From: Candidatus Bilamarchaeaceae archaeon
GTDB lineage: Archaea > Micrarchaeota > Micrarchaeia > Anstonellales > Bilamarchaeaceae
Assembly (NCBI GenBank): GCA_035289085.1
Contig: DATDYG010000019.1
Span: 1-35,335 of the forward strand
Direction: 5' to 3'
DNA length: 35,335 nt
Of the stretch, positions 17,172 through 25,876 are shown in pieces. The translations under genes were made by a program, and so were the position numbers. The first letter of the stretch is position 1, and each line of letters begins with the position of its first letter. The notes below the pieces were generated by a model. The model worked only from the letters and a program-made list of their open reading frames with translations. It ran no database searches and was not told where the DNA came from.

Positions 17172-17184
17172 AACTATTTAAAAA
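17172..17184 (-). promoter_or_regulatory. TATA box for sigma paralog 3
   Basis: AACTATTTAAAAA is identical to 14689-14701 and also begins 18 nt beyond the start codon (17154). It lies in the 37-nt gap after the Mrp stop. Confidence 0.6.
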
Positions 17185-17191
17185 CCTATGG

Positions 17192-17977
17192 TTACTCTGT
17201 TATCGCTTTCACTGCATTCACAAAAACATCCCGGAATTCCGTTGTATGCAGGGGTTTTCTTTCCTGCAGATACCGCTGGATTTTTTTATCCAGGGGAAGA
17301 GAGCCGAAAAATGGGAGGTTGAATTCTTTTGCCAGTTTTTTCCCTCCACCCGAACCAAACATCTCCCCGCTCATGTTTTCTATGATTCCATATACATTCA
17401 GCTTTAGCTTTTGTGCAAATTTTATGCTTCTTCTTGCATCCATTATGCCAAGCTCATTGCTGGTAGTTACAATAACGAAGCCGTGGGGCCTGAGCATCTG
17501 GGCTATAGTGAGTGCGGCATCGCTCGATCCGGGCGGCATGTCCAAAACCAGATAATCAATATCCCATTCTACTTTATAGACGAATTCTGTAATTGCAGAC
17601 GAAATCATCGGGCCCCTCCAGAGCATGGCACTCTTCCCGATAATGGCTCCCATGGAAACCACCTGCAGTTTACCCGACACCAGCGGCTGTATCTTCCCTT
17701 CCTTGGCCGTAAGCCGCTCCTCCAGTCCCAATGCCAGCGGAACATTCGGACAGTCGATATCCGCGTCCAGCAATCCCGTCTTTCCTTTTTCGGCGAGTGC
17801 CCAAGCTAAATTGATCGCTATGGTTGTTTTTCCCACCCCTCCCTTTCCGCTCCAAACTGCGATGCGTCTTTTTATCTGATTTAATTTATTTTCTAGCTGT
17901 TTCTGCTGCTGTTCTAATGGAGATTCGCTCCGTTCGCTGAATTTTTTCTTCCGCTCTTCAAATTCCTTAAGTTCCAT
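17192..17977 (-). CDS. mrp: Mrp/NBP35-family P-loop ATPase lacking the CXXC motif
   Basis: Deviant Walker A WSGKGGVGKTTIAINLA, plus LLDADIDCPNVP, VLDMPPGSSD and IIENMS motifs. The CxxC normally found after ENMS is absent (ENMSGEMFGSGGG). Confidence 0.85.
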   Translation of the reverse strand: MELKEFEERKKKFSERSESPLEQQQKQLENKLNQIKRRIAVWSGKGGVGKTTIAINLAWALAEKGKTGLLDADIDCPNVPLALGLEERLTAKEGKIQPLVSGKLQVVSMGAIIGKSAMLWRGPMISSAITEFVYKVEWDIDYLVLDMPPGSSDAALTIAQMLRPHGFVIVTTSNELGIMDARRSIKFAQKLKLNVYGIIENMSGEMFGSGGGKKLAKEFNLPFFGSLPLDKKIQRYLQERKPLHTTEFRDVFVNAVKAITE

Positions 17978-17987
17978 AAAACCAGGT

Positions 17988-18287
17988 TTACACCATTCCT
18001 AAAGCCAGCTTGGCCTTCTCGCTCATCCTGTCCGGGCTCCAGGGAGGGTCCCAGACGATCTCTATCTTTACCCGATCCACTCCGGGCAGTTCTTTTACCT
18101 TGGCCTCAATCTCGCTCAGCAACTGATCCAACAGCGGACAGGCGGGCGTCGTTAACGTCATTTTAATCTCCACACTCCCTCTATTTTCATGAATGTCATA
18201 CACCAGTCCCAAATTCACAATATCCATGGCAATTTCTGGATCGTATACGGTCGTCAATTTATCCAGTATCTCTTGTCGGGTTGCCAT
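17988..18287 (-). CDS. DUF59/MIP18-family (SufT/PaaD-like) Fe-S assembly protein
   Basis: 99 aa. ILDKLTTVYDPEIAMDIVNLGLVYDI and LTTPACPL are the typical DUF59 signatures. Confidence 0.8.
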   Translation of the reverse strand: MATRQEILDKLTTVYDPEIAMDIVNLGLVYDIHENRGSVEIKMTLTTPACPLLDQLLSEIEAKVKELPGVDRVKIEIVWDPPWSPDRMSEKAKLALGMV

Positions 18288-18289
18288 GG

Positions 18290-19276
18290 TTATCTCCCTG
18301 CTACCGGGTTTATCTCTAGTTGGGATTCCTGCTCTGCGGTATGGTGAATGGTTTCCCCGGCATAATATATCTTGTAACCGCTCTTGGCGGTATGCAGCGT
18401 TCTTTCTCCCATCTCCACTGCCGTTACTCCCCTGGCTACGATAACCTCTGCGCGGGTGATGGCCACCGCTCCTTCGGCGGTTTCTTTGGTTAGCATCTCC
18501 GCTATTTTGGGCAAGGCCTTAACCGCTCCTTTCGCCGCCAGTTGCAATGCCTTGGCAGCGGTTATCGTAATCGCCACCTCAATGGCCGCGTTTTTCACAA
18601 ACTCTCCGGAAACCGATAAAAATCCGCTAAGCTGTTCCAGTTCCGCATGGTTCTGCCGGAGCAGGGAAGAGAGGTTTCCGTGTGCATCCCCCAATCCCTC
18701 CATCGCATACGCCAGCCTGTCCTGCGCGGTTTGAAGTTGTTGGCGGTCCCCGGAAAACAACGCGCGGGTCATCTGATTATAGGATTCATAGAAGCTTTCC
18801 AGTTTCATGTCAAAACGCCTGGCTTCCTGGGCGGCCTGGGCCCATACCCTGGTTTGCTTGCCGCTTAAATATTTCCCTGCTTCTCCCAATACCTCTTTCG
18901 TATCCTTTAATGTCACTATCTCTTTCCCACTGGTCCATTCATACAATTGTACAAACGGATGGCCCACAGCCGAGAGCGCTCCTGCTGCCCCGGATCCCAA
19001 TCCAGCGGCAACCTCCTTTGCCCGGCTGGGTTTGTTTGCTGCGAGTTCGGCCTGCATCTGCTGCAGCGCATCGCCACTTGAACTGGCATGTTCGGCTATT
19101 TTTAGCAGCTGCTGTATGGCAGGCCGGTACTGCTGGTACGTGTCCAATGCGGCTTGCTGCTGCTCGGTCAATGGCCGTTGCTCCATCCAGGCGGCGGCCC
19201 GCTGCTCCACATCCCGCAGCTGCTGCACGTTTTGCTGGAATGCCTCCTGCTCCTTGGTCATTTGTTTGAATGCCAT
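18290..19276 (-). CDS. hypothetical Gln/Ala-rich helical protein
   Basis: 328-aa ORF. AGGTGA SD overlaps the upstream stop 4-9 nt before its ATG, and its stop abuts the DUF59 start, which suggests translational coupling. No family was recognised. Confidence 0.55.
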   Translation of the reverse strand: MAFKQMTKEQEAFQQNVQQLRDVEQRAAAWMEQRPLTEQQQAALDTYQQYRPAIQQLLKIAEHASSSGDALQQMQAELAANKPSRAKEVAAGLGSGAAGALSAVGHPFVQLYEWTSGKEIVTLKDTKEVLGEAGKYLSGKQTRVWAQAAQEARRFDMKLESFYESYNQMTRALFSGDRQQLQTAQDRLAYAMEGLGDAHGNLSSLLRQNHAELEQLSGFLSVSGEFVKNAAIEVAITITAAKALQLAAKGAVKALPKIAEMLTKETAEGAVAITRAEVIVARGVTAVEMGERTLHTAKSGYKIYYAGETIHHTAEQESQLEINPVAGR

Positions 19277-19280
19277 ACAT

Positions 19281-20036
19281 TCACCTGCGGCTGGGCACGC
19301 TGTCCCGCACGGAATTCTCCCTGTGCAATTCCAATATCCGCTTCAGTGCCGGATCGTCTGCAACGGCGGCCTGCCACTCCGAGGCTACGCGGGGGTTTAT
19401 GCGTACGGCCCATTGAATAAACAGTCCTTTTTCCGGCAGTGCCACTTCCCCATCTTCTACTTCTGCATGCAACCGTTCCACTGCCTTGGCCGGGTCAATC
19501 AGTTTGTTGTGAAACATCATATACGTTGCAGTCGTTGCAATGCCATGCAGCAGCAAATACTCCTCTGATGAAAACGGCATCCGCATCCCTGCTCCGGCCC
19601 GAACCAGCTGCACCGCTGTTTCAAATCCCTGCTCCCCAAACCGCGCCAGCCCGTATGCCAGCGTTTTCATGTATCGAAACCGCCGGAGATTGGTTTTTCG
19701 GAGCTGGCTGAAATCCTCCGGACTCCTACCCGCCAACAAAACCTGTTTCCGGATCTCTTCGAGCGCTTTTCCTTTGTATCTATCTACAAAGCTCTGCATA
19801 ATGTCAAACCGTGTCTGCTCGCTTAAATCTTCGGCCAGGATGGCAAAAACGATGCTGCGCGCCTTTTCAAACGGCAATTTCTCCATGGCTTCGGCTGCCC
19901 GTTGCTTGGCATTGGATTGAGTTGCAACTATCGCCATATCATCTCCTCCTTTGCATGCAATGTGTTCTACTGCCGGAACCGTTGCCAATACCAGCGATAT
20001 TGCCGTTCTCCGGATTATCTGAAATCGTTGTACCAT
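19281..20036 (-). CDS. hypothetical protein, possible signal or lipoprotein-like N-terminus
   Basis: 251-aa ORF, the first gene of a same-strand run. Its N-terminus reads RRTAISLVLATVPAVEHIAC. No family was recognised. Confidence 0.55.
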   Translation of the reverse strand: MVQRFQIIRRTAISLVLATVPAVEHIACKGGDDMAIVATQSNAKQRAAEAMEKLPFEKARSIVFAILAEDLSEQTRFDIMQSFVDRYKGKALEEIRKQVLLAGRSPEDFSQLRKTNLRRFRYMKTLAYGLARFGEQGFETAVQLVRAGAGMRMPFSSEEYLLLHGIATTATYMMFHNKLIDPAKAVERLHAEVEDGEVALPEKGLFIQWAVRINPRVASEWQAAVADDPALKRILELHRENSVRDSVPSRR

Positions 20037-20592
20037 GCTACTATATTTACTATGGCTTAGCGTTTTAATAGCTTGTTCTTTAATCGATGCTATGCCGGAT
20101 AAAAAATGTGAGGAGCTGGTGAAAGCGGAAAAATACCCGGAGCTGTTGAATTACTGCAACGAGCGGTTGCAAATCCAATCCGATGATGAAACATACCTCT
20201 TTTACCAGGCCGTTGCGTACACCGGCCTTAAAAATTTCCCTTCCGCCACGAACGTTTTTACGAAACTCTTCAACCGCACGAAAAAATATTTTTATCTCCT
20301 CTGCCGCGGCCTGGTGCGCTTTCTGGCCATGGAATTCAGGGAAGGGCGGAAGGATTTGCATACCGCCATCGAAAACGACGATCGCTACGGAAACATGATC
20401 TTTGCCTACCGGATTGCCAGTACCTATTACGACGTAGAAGACGCGCGGGATGCATTGAAAAAGGCCCTGGTCCTTAATCCAAAAGCCAGTATGGAAGAAC
20501 TGGAAAAGTTTTTTGAAAAAATAGCAGAGGACGCATCCGTGCAGGATCGTCTCCTTATCGTCCGGGTGATGGAGCTGCTGAAATCCCTATGA
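20035..20592 (+). CDS. hypothetical helical-repeat (TPR-like) protein; start ambiguous (20035 or 20092)
   Basis: The track ORF starts at 20035 with a hydrophobic MLLYLLWLSVLIACSLIDA, but that start overlaps the divergent gene's start. The Met at 20092 (MPDKKCEEL) sits 20-30 nt downstream of GTTTTAATAGC. The YQAVAYTGLKNFPSA type repeat is TPR-like. Confidence 0.5.
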   Translation: MLLYLLWLSVLIACSLIDAMPDKKCEELVKAEKYPELLNYCNERLQIQSDDETYLFYQAVAYTGLKNFPSATNVFTKLFNRTKKYFYLLCRGLVRFLAMEFREGRKDLHTAIENDDRYGNMIFAYRIASTYYDVEDARDALKKALVLNPKASMEELEKFFEKIAEDASVQDRLLIVRVMELLKSL

Positions 20593-21024
20593 GCCGTTTA
20601 ACTGCCCTACGATCCTGTTCTGCACTTCCTTCATCTCCCCTTCGCCGTACTTCCCGGCCGGCCAGTTGAAACCAAACGCATCGCCCTTGAACCGGGGGAT
20701 CAGGTGCAGGTGAAAATGCATGACGAACTGGTGGGCGATTTTCCCGTTGTTCTGTATGAGATTTAACCCCTCCGCCTCCGCGGCGGTTTTAATGGCCGGT
20801 GCCAGCCGCCCCGCCACGCGGATGATATCGGCCAGTACATCCCCCGGCATCCCGAATATGTCGGCATAGTGCCTTTTCGGTATCACCAGGCTATGGCCCC
20901 TGTTCAAGGGTGCAATGTCCAGGAACGCCAGCGAGTGCTCGGTTTCATACAGTTTTGCGCACGGTATCTCTCCCTGTACAATTCTGCAGAAAATGCAGTC
21001 CCTCATGTCCTCATAGTGGGCCAT
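20587..21024 (-). CDS. HIT family hydrolase
   Basis: CIFCRIVQGEIP, GHSLVIPKRHY and the histidine triad HFHLHLIPR are present. Confidence 0.9.
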   Translation of the reverse strand: MAHYEDMRDCIFCRIVQGEIPCAKLYETEHSLAFLDIAPLNRGHSLVIPKRHYADIFGMPGDVLADIIRVAGRLAPAIKTAAEAEGLNLIQNNGKIAHQFVMHFHLHLIPRFKGDAFGFNWPAGKYGEGEMKEVQNRIVGQLNGS

Positions 21025-21053
21025 GCAGTTAAAAAAACTATCTAAGAATTTCC

Positions 21054-22922
21054 ATGGTGGATGAAATTTATTTCAGGCATGAACGGTTGCGGGCGCATCA
21101 GAGCGAGTTGCTGAAGGACAGCTATGCCTCCGTTTCCAATAGGAAGCATCTGCTGGCCCATGCGGTTACGGGTTTGGGAAAAACCGATGCAACGGTGGGA
21201 GCGGCCCTCACCCATGCGCTTAGGGAAAATCTCACCGTATTCTTCCTCACCCCGAAAATCTCCCAGCACAGAATAGCGCTGGATGTGGTGCGGGGCATCG
21301 AAAACAAGTATCATCTAGGACTGCGTGCGGTGGATATGGTCGGGCGGCGCTACGCCTGCATTGACGATACGCTGGGCGACCTCGACCACGATGGGTTTTA
21401 CTATTCCTGCCAGAAAAAGCGTACGGACGAGACGTGCGAATTCTACGGGAACGCCAGAGGCTACAATCCGCTGGGCGAGGCCAAGGCGAACCAGCGGTTT
21501 GAAAAGATGCTCCAGGGCTATGGTCCCTCCCGTACCCACCATCAGCTCATCCAGCTGGGAGAAGAACACTATTCCTGCCCCTACGAATGGATGATCAAAT
21601 TGGCTGCGCTTTCCAACGTTATCATCGCGGATTATTTCCATCTGCTGGTACCTTCTATCCGGGATATATTTCTTAAAAAGATCAAAAAGGATATCCGGAA
21701 ATCCATCGTTATCGTGGACGAGGGCCATAATTTAGCCCGGCGGGTACGGGAACACCTGTCCAGCACAATAAACTCCTTTATCCTGAGAAAAGCAGAAAAG
21801 GAGATGCACCTGCTGGGAGTGGAAAAAATCCCCCTGGAAAGGGCGTTTAATGCCTGGTGCGAGGAACAATTAAAAAACCAGGATGAAGCTTTGCTTTCTT
21901 CTGCCTCGCTCCATGATTTTCTGCATAGTCTAAACCTGAAAAGCGATGAATGCGCCGGTTATTTCGAGCATCTCGGATCGGTTTTTATCGAGCGTACCAG
22001 TCGCCGGAGCGCCTGTCTAAAACTGTCCAAATTCATCGCCGAATGGGAAGGCGATGGCCCCGGCATTGTCCGTATTTTACGCAAACGTTCCAATGGTTTT
22101 TTCCTCTCCAAGCGGTTTCTCGATCCTTCCAAGGCCACCTCCCTGCTCAACCAGGCCCATGCCTCCATCGTCATGAGCGGGACGCTGCTCCCATTGGAGA
22201 TGCACCGCGATATCCTCGGGATGGAGAAGAACCGCAGCATCCTGAAGCAGTATCCTTCTCCCTTTGACGACCAGCGCCAGATCCATATCATTGCGGATAA
22301 CGTTACTACGCGTTACTCCCAGCGGACGTTCGAAAACTACCAGCAGATGGCCGCGAGCATCGACCGCATCGTGCAGTGCGCCCCTCCTGGCATCGCGCTC
22401 TTTTTCCCTTCCTATACGGTTATGAACGCCGTTGTTCCGCTGATGCAGTCGGCTCCGCTCCTTCTTCAAAGAGAAAGAATGAATTCCAAGGAAGTAGCCG
22501 CGCTCATCCGCCGTTTCCAGGCCGGCAGGCATGTCCTGTGCGCGGTGCAGGGCGGCAGCCTGGCGGAAGGCATCGACTATTCCAATCAGGAGATCCGGAC
22601 CGCGGTGATCGTGGGTGTTGCATTGGACGAAATGTCGCTGGAAGTGAAGGCACTCATCGATTATTACGAGGACAAATTCGGCCAGGGATGGAACTACGGT
22701 TATCTCTATCCGGGCATCATCAAGGCATTGCAGGCGGCCGGCCGCGGCATCCGCAAGGAGAGCGACCGTCTCGCCGTCGTTTTCATGGATGAAAGGTTTA
22801 AATGGAAGAACTACCGAACGCTTCTGGGGAAGAAATCCTTTATCGTAACCGCGGAGCCGGAAAAATACGTGGAAGAATTCTGGAGGGAGCAGGATGTTGT
22901 TCACCGACAAATACGCGCCTAA
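21054..22922 (+). CDS. xpd: XPD/Rad3-type (DinG family) Fe-S DNA helicase
   Basis: Walker A AVTGLGKTDA and VDEGHNL (DEAH-box variant) are present. A Cys cluster (YACIDD, YYSCQKK, ETCEF, YSCPYEW) lies between them as in the XPD Fe-S domain. The C-terminal QAAGRGIR motif is also present. Confidence 0.85.
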   Translation: MVDEIYFRHERLRAHQSELLKDSYASVSNRKHLLAHAVTGLGKTDATVGAALTHALRENLTVFFLTPKISQHRIALDVVRGIENKYHLGLRAVDMVGRRYACIDDTLGDLDHDGFYYSCQKKRTDETCEFYGNARGYNPLGEAKANQRFEKMLQGYGPSRTHHQLIQLGEEHYSCPYEWMIKLAALSNVIIADYFHLLVPSIRDIFLKKIKKDIRKSIVIVDEGHNLARRVREHLSSTINSFILRKAEKEMHLLGVEKIPLERAFNAWCEEQLKNQDEALLSSASLHDFLHSLNLKSDECAGYFEHLGSVFIERTSRRSACLKLSKFIAEWEGDGPGIVRILRKRSNGFFLSKRFLDPSKATSLLNQAHASIVMSGTLLPLEMHRDILGMEKNRSILKQYPSPFDDQRQIHIIADNVTTRYSQRTFENYQQMAASIDRIVQCAPPGIALFFPSYTVMNAVVPLMQSAPLLLQRERMNSKEVAALIRRFQAGRHVLCAVQGGSLAEGIDYSNQEIRTAVIVGVALDEMSLEVKALIDYYEDKFGQGWNYGYLYPGIIKALQAAGRGIRKESDRLAVVFMDERFKWKNYRTLLGKKSFIVTAEPEKYVEEFWREQDVVHRQIRA

Positions 22923-24066
22923 AAAACTGGACGATGTCATCGGGCACGAGGACGCGAAACGCCGCGTAAAGCAGTGGATGCTGAACTGGATGCATGGCAA
23001 ACCCCAAAAGCCGGTTATTCTGTACGGGCCGCCGGGCATCGGAAAAACCGGCATGGCCTACGCCCTGGCGCACGAACTGGACCTGGACGTGCTGGAGCTC
23101 AATGCCAGCATGCTGCGCAACCGGCAGCACGTCGAAAGATTGTTGGGCGGCGCCACCCTGGCGGAATCGCTCAGCGGAAGGAAAAAGCTGTTCCTGGTAG
23201 ACGATGTGGACATATTCCAGAAAAGCGATCGCGGAGGGGTAGCCGCACTGGCCGCCTTCTTAAGAGAATCCCGCTACCCGTTCATGCTTACCGCCCTCAA
23301 TGCCTGGGAGAAAAAACTCGCACCGGTGCGCATGCTGTGCGAACTGCTCCAGCTCCGCCGCGTAAGCAAGCCCGCGCTGCATTCTTTTCTTAAAAAAGTC
23401 GCCCATAGGGAAAAGCTCCCTATCTCCCCCGAAGAAATAGAGCATATCACCGAGCACAGCAGCGGCGATGTGCGGTCGGCATTGAACGACCTCCAGCTCG
23501 GCCGTCGCAGCGACCGCGACCGCGAAGAGGACATCTTCCACCAGGTGCGCACGATCTTCAAGGCGCAGCGCTACATGGACGCCCGCGAAGCGTCCCAGGG
23601 CAATGCGGATTACGACCTGCTCAAGCTATGGATCGATGAGAACATACCGTATGAATACGATAAAACCGCCGATCTTGCCCGTGCGTTTGATCGGCTTTCG
23701 CGTGCCGATGTATTTGAGGGGAGGATCCAAAAATCCCGCTGGGTGCTGCTGCGTTACTGCTTCGATCTGCTGACCGCCGGCGTTGCACTAAGCAAAGAAA
23801 AACCCTACCTGAAATTCACCCGCTATCAGTTTCCCACGTACCTCAAGCAGATGAGCGTGACCGTTGCCCGTCGCGCGCTGCGCAGGGCGGTTTCCAAAAA
23901 AATAGCGGCCCGCACCCATACCAGTGCGCGGGATGCCGTTTCCTATTTTCCGCTGCTGCAGGTGCTGGCCCAACCGGATCCGGAGCGGTTTGCCCTGTTC
24001 TACCGGCTGGAAGAGGAGGAACTGGCCTATCTGCTGGAAACCAGCGTGCATAAAATACGGAAATAG
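22894..24066 (+). CDS. rfcL: replication factor C large subunit
   Basis: FTDKYAPKKLDDVIGHEDA, ILYGPPGIGKTGMAYALA, LELNASMLRN and LFLVDDVD are clamp-loader AAA+ motifs of the large-subunit type. The gene overlaps the xpd 3' end by 29 nt. Confidence 0.85.
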   Translation: MLFTDKYAPKKLDDVIGHEDAKRRVKQWMLNWMHGKPQKPVILYGPPGIGKTGMAYALAHELDLDVLELNASMLRNRQHVERLLGGATLAESLSGRKKLFLVDDVDIFQKSDRGGVAALAAFLRESRYPFMLTALNAWEKKLAPVRMLCELLQLRRVSKPALHSFLKKVAHREKLPISPEEIEHITEHSSGDVRSALNDLQLGRRSDRDREEDIFHQVRTIFKAQRYMDAREASQGNADYDLLKLWIDENIPYEYDKTADLARAFDRLSRADVFEGRIQKSRWVLLRYCFDLLTAGVALSKEKPYLKFTRYQFPTYLKQMSVTVARRALRRAVSKKIAARTHTSARDAVSYFPLLQVLAQPDPERFALFYRLEEEELAYLLETSVHKIRK

Positions 24067-24068
24067 CG

Positions 24069-25835
24069 CTACCCCAGATGGGACAATAAAAACAATATGG
24101 CTGCAATCCCTCCCAGCAATAATAACGGTGCAACGATTTTTGCAATCGCGATAATGGAATTGATCGTGCTTACGATCTCAATAGAATGCTTGGCACCGAT
24201 GACGCGGATGCCAAACCATTTCTTCGCTGCAAACATCCGTGCAGGCTGCATGTCCATCAGCGCTTCCCGGGCGGCACCGCAGATAAGTGCCTGTACGTTC
24301 TTGTCCTCGCGCAGGGGGTTGAGGACTCCTCGCACGCTGTTTACCTTATGGGTATCGGTGGTATATATAGCCACATAGGCCTTTTTTCGATGGGCCTGAA
24401 CAACGTTTTCCACTTCCTGTATCATTCGCTCCCTGAATGAGGGCGTGATGCCGTTGCAGTCGATCAAGACCAGCAGGTAGAGCGGATCGGAGGAAATCGC
24501 CGCAATGCGGATGCCGCCGTTGGCAATAAGGGGATGTTTGGGATACCGCTCCGCCACGCCCAGCCGCAGCGGTTTTGCCGCGCCTTTCTTCCGGAGGGCA
24601 TCGTGCATCGCCTGCAGGTAGTTAAAACTTACTTCACCTCCAGGATCGAAGGTGGTGACTTCTCCGGTTTCGCAGTTATGCTGGTCGACGGCAATCGCAT
24701 GCTCCAGCTGTTTCTCGGCCTCGGCCATCATGCCCAGTCCCACCCCGAAATTGATGTCCTCGGTAACGTAGGGCGCCCGGGTGAAACCTATAAAACCGCT
24801 GTCGCCAATGCGCAGCAAATCCGCCCGGCATTCGTTCGACCGGCCTGCAACAAACGATACCTTGGCCGGACGGAACCGGGCTTCTTTCAACGCCTCCCGG
24901 CAGGTTTCCAGTATGTGGTCTATTTCCTTGGAGGAGATGGGGTTCAGGTCATGCGTAACCGTGCCATGGAATACAAAGCTCCGGACACCCGTTCTTTTCC
25001 TTAGCAGCTGAGGGATCAACGCAGAGAACTCGCTGCCTCCCAAGTTGCCGAACGGTCCAAAATGCACATAGGGCACCAGAAAAAGCACGGTATCGTTTTT
25101 TCGCTTAAAAGCGATCATCCCCAGCAGCGTCTTGGCCCGTTCGCCAATCCGTGCAAAGGTTTTTTCCAGTTCTTTGCTTTCCGAAAGCCACTGCGCCGCA
25201 AATAACGCAATCGCATCGGTACTGCTGATACCGATGTTCTTCTTCATCGGCGCATTGATGATGAAAAAGAAAACGTATACCGCAGCCAGGAGCACCACGG
25301 CCGCCAGGTAGAACTTAGCAACGGAAAGCGGCACTTCGCTTTCAAAATAAAGGATCTGGCTGCTGAGCAAAAACGCCAGGTGAAAGAGCAGCTGGATGCC
25401 CGCAAAGAGCAGCGACCGGTAGCGGAGCGTAAACACCAGGCGCGCAATCACATACCATAAAATAAACACCAGCGCCGCACCAAAGATCACTGCCAGTTGT
25501 GCGTAAAACGGGTTGACGGATGCCAGCCAATAGCCCGTTCCGTACGCCAGCGCATAGATCACTTCGGCAGCGGTAACCAATGCCGCAATCCGCTTGAATG
25601 GCATGCGGAATATCATCAGCTTGACGCTTAGCGCGGACAGCAATGCGGGCAGCGTCAGCAGCAGCAACCCGTCTAGCGCGCCTTTAATCAGCAGGTCGGC
25701 ACCCTGCGCGGCTGAAACGTTGATGGCGATACCAAATACAATACCCAGAATGACAATCGCCACCAGAAAATACCGTACCGGCGGCAGGGAAACGAAATAA
25801 TTGCTAAGCTTGAGCATGCTTTCAACATTCCCCAT
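24069..25835 (-). CDS. polytopic membrane protein, DUF2070-like
   Basis: 588 aa with an N-terminal block of about 6 TM helices, a large soluble domain and a terminal TM helix. This architecture is typical of the archaeal DUF2070 family. The family name comes from architecture only. Confidence 0.6.
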   Translation of the reverse strand: MGNVESMLKLSNYFVSLPPVRYFLVAIVILGIVFGIAINVSAAQGADLLIKGALDGLLLLTLPALLSALSVKLMIFRMPFKRIAALVTAAEVIYALAYGTGYWLASVNPFYAQLAVIFGAALVFILWYVIARLVFTLRYRSLLFAGIQLLFHLAFLLSSQILYFESEVPLSVAKFYLAAVVLLAAVYVFFFIINAPMKKNIGISSTDAIALFAAQWLSESKELEKTFARIGERAKTLLGMIAFKRKNDTVLFLVPYVHFGPFGNLGGSEFSALIPQLLRKRTGVRSFVFHGTVTHDLNPISSKEIDHILETCREALKEARFRPAKVSFVAGRSNECRADLLRIGDSGFIGFTRAPYVTEDINFGVGLGMMAEAEKQLEHAIAVDQHNCETGEVTTFDPGGEVSFNYLQAMHDALRKKGAAKPLRLGVAERYPKHPLIANGGIRIAAISSDPLYLLVLIDCNGITPSFRERMIQEVENVVQAHRKKAYVAIYTTDTHKVNSVRGVLNPLREDKNVQALICGAAREALMDMQPARMFAAKKWFGIRVIGAKHSIEIVSTINSIIAIAKIVAPLLLLGGIAAILFLLSHLG

Positions 25836-25876
25836 GTCGATCGGTTTTTATATGCTAATCGGTCCATTAAAAACCT

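Noticed and set aside
18682-19568. Several 190-250-aa plus-strand ORFs opposite the 328-aa and 251-aa genes
   Set aside because: The translations are Cys/Pro/Ala-rich and lack SD or TATA context. The minus-strand genes show translational coupling (AGGTGA SD, abutting stops and starts).
22077-23054. 325-aa minus-strand ORF across the xpd/rfcL junction
   Set aside because: It is antisense to two genes with unambiguous helicase and AAA+ motifs, and its own product has no recognisable motifs.
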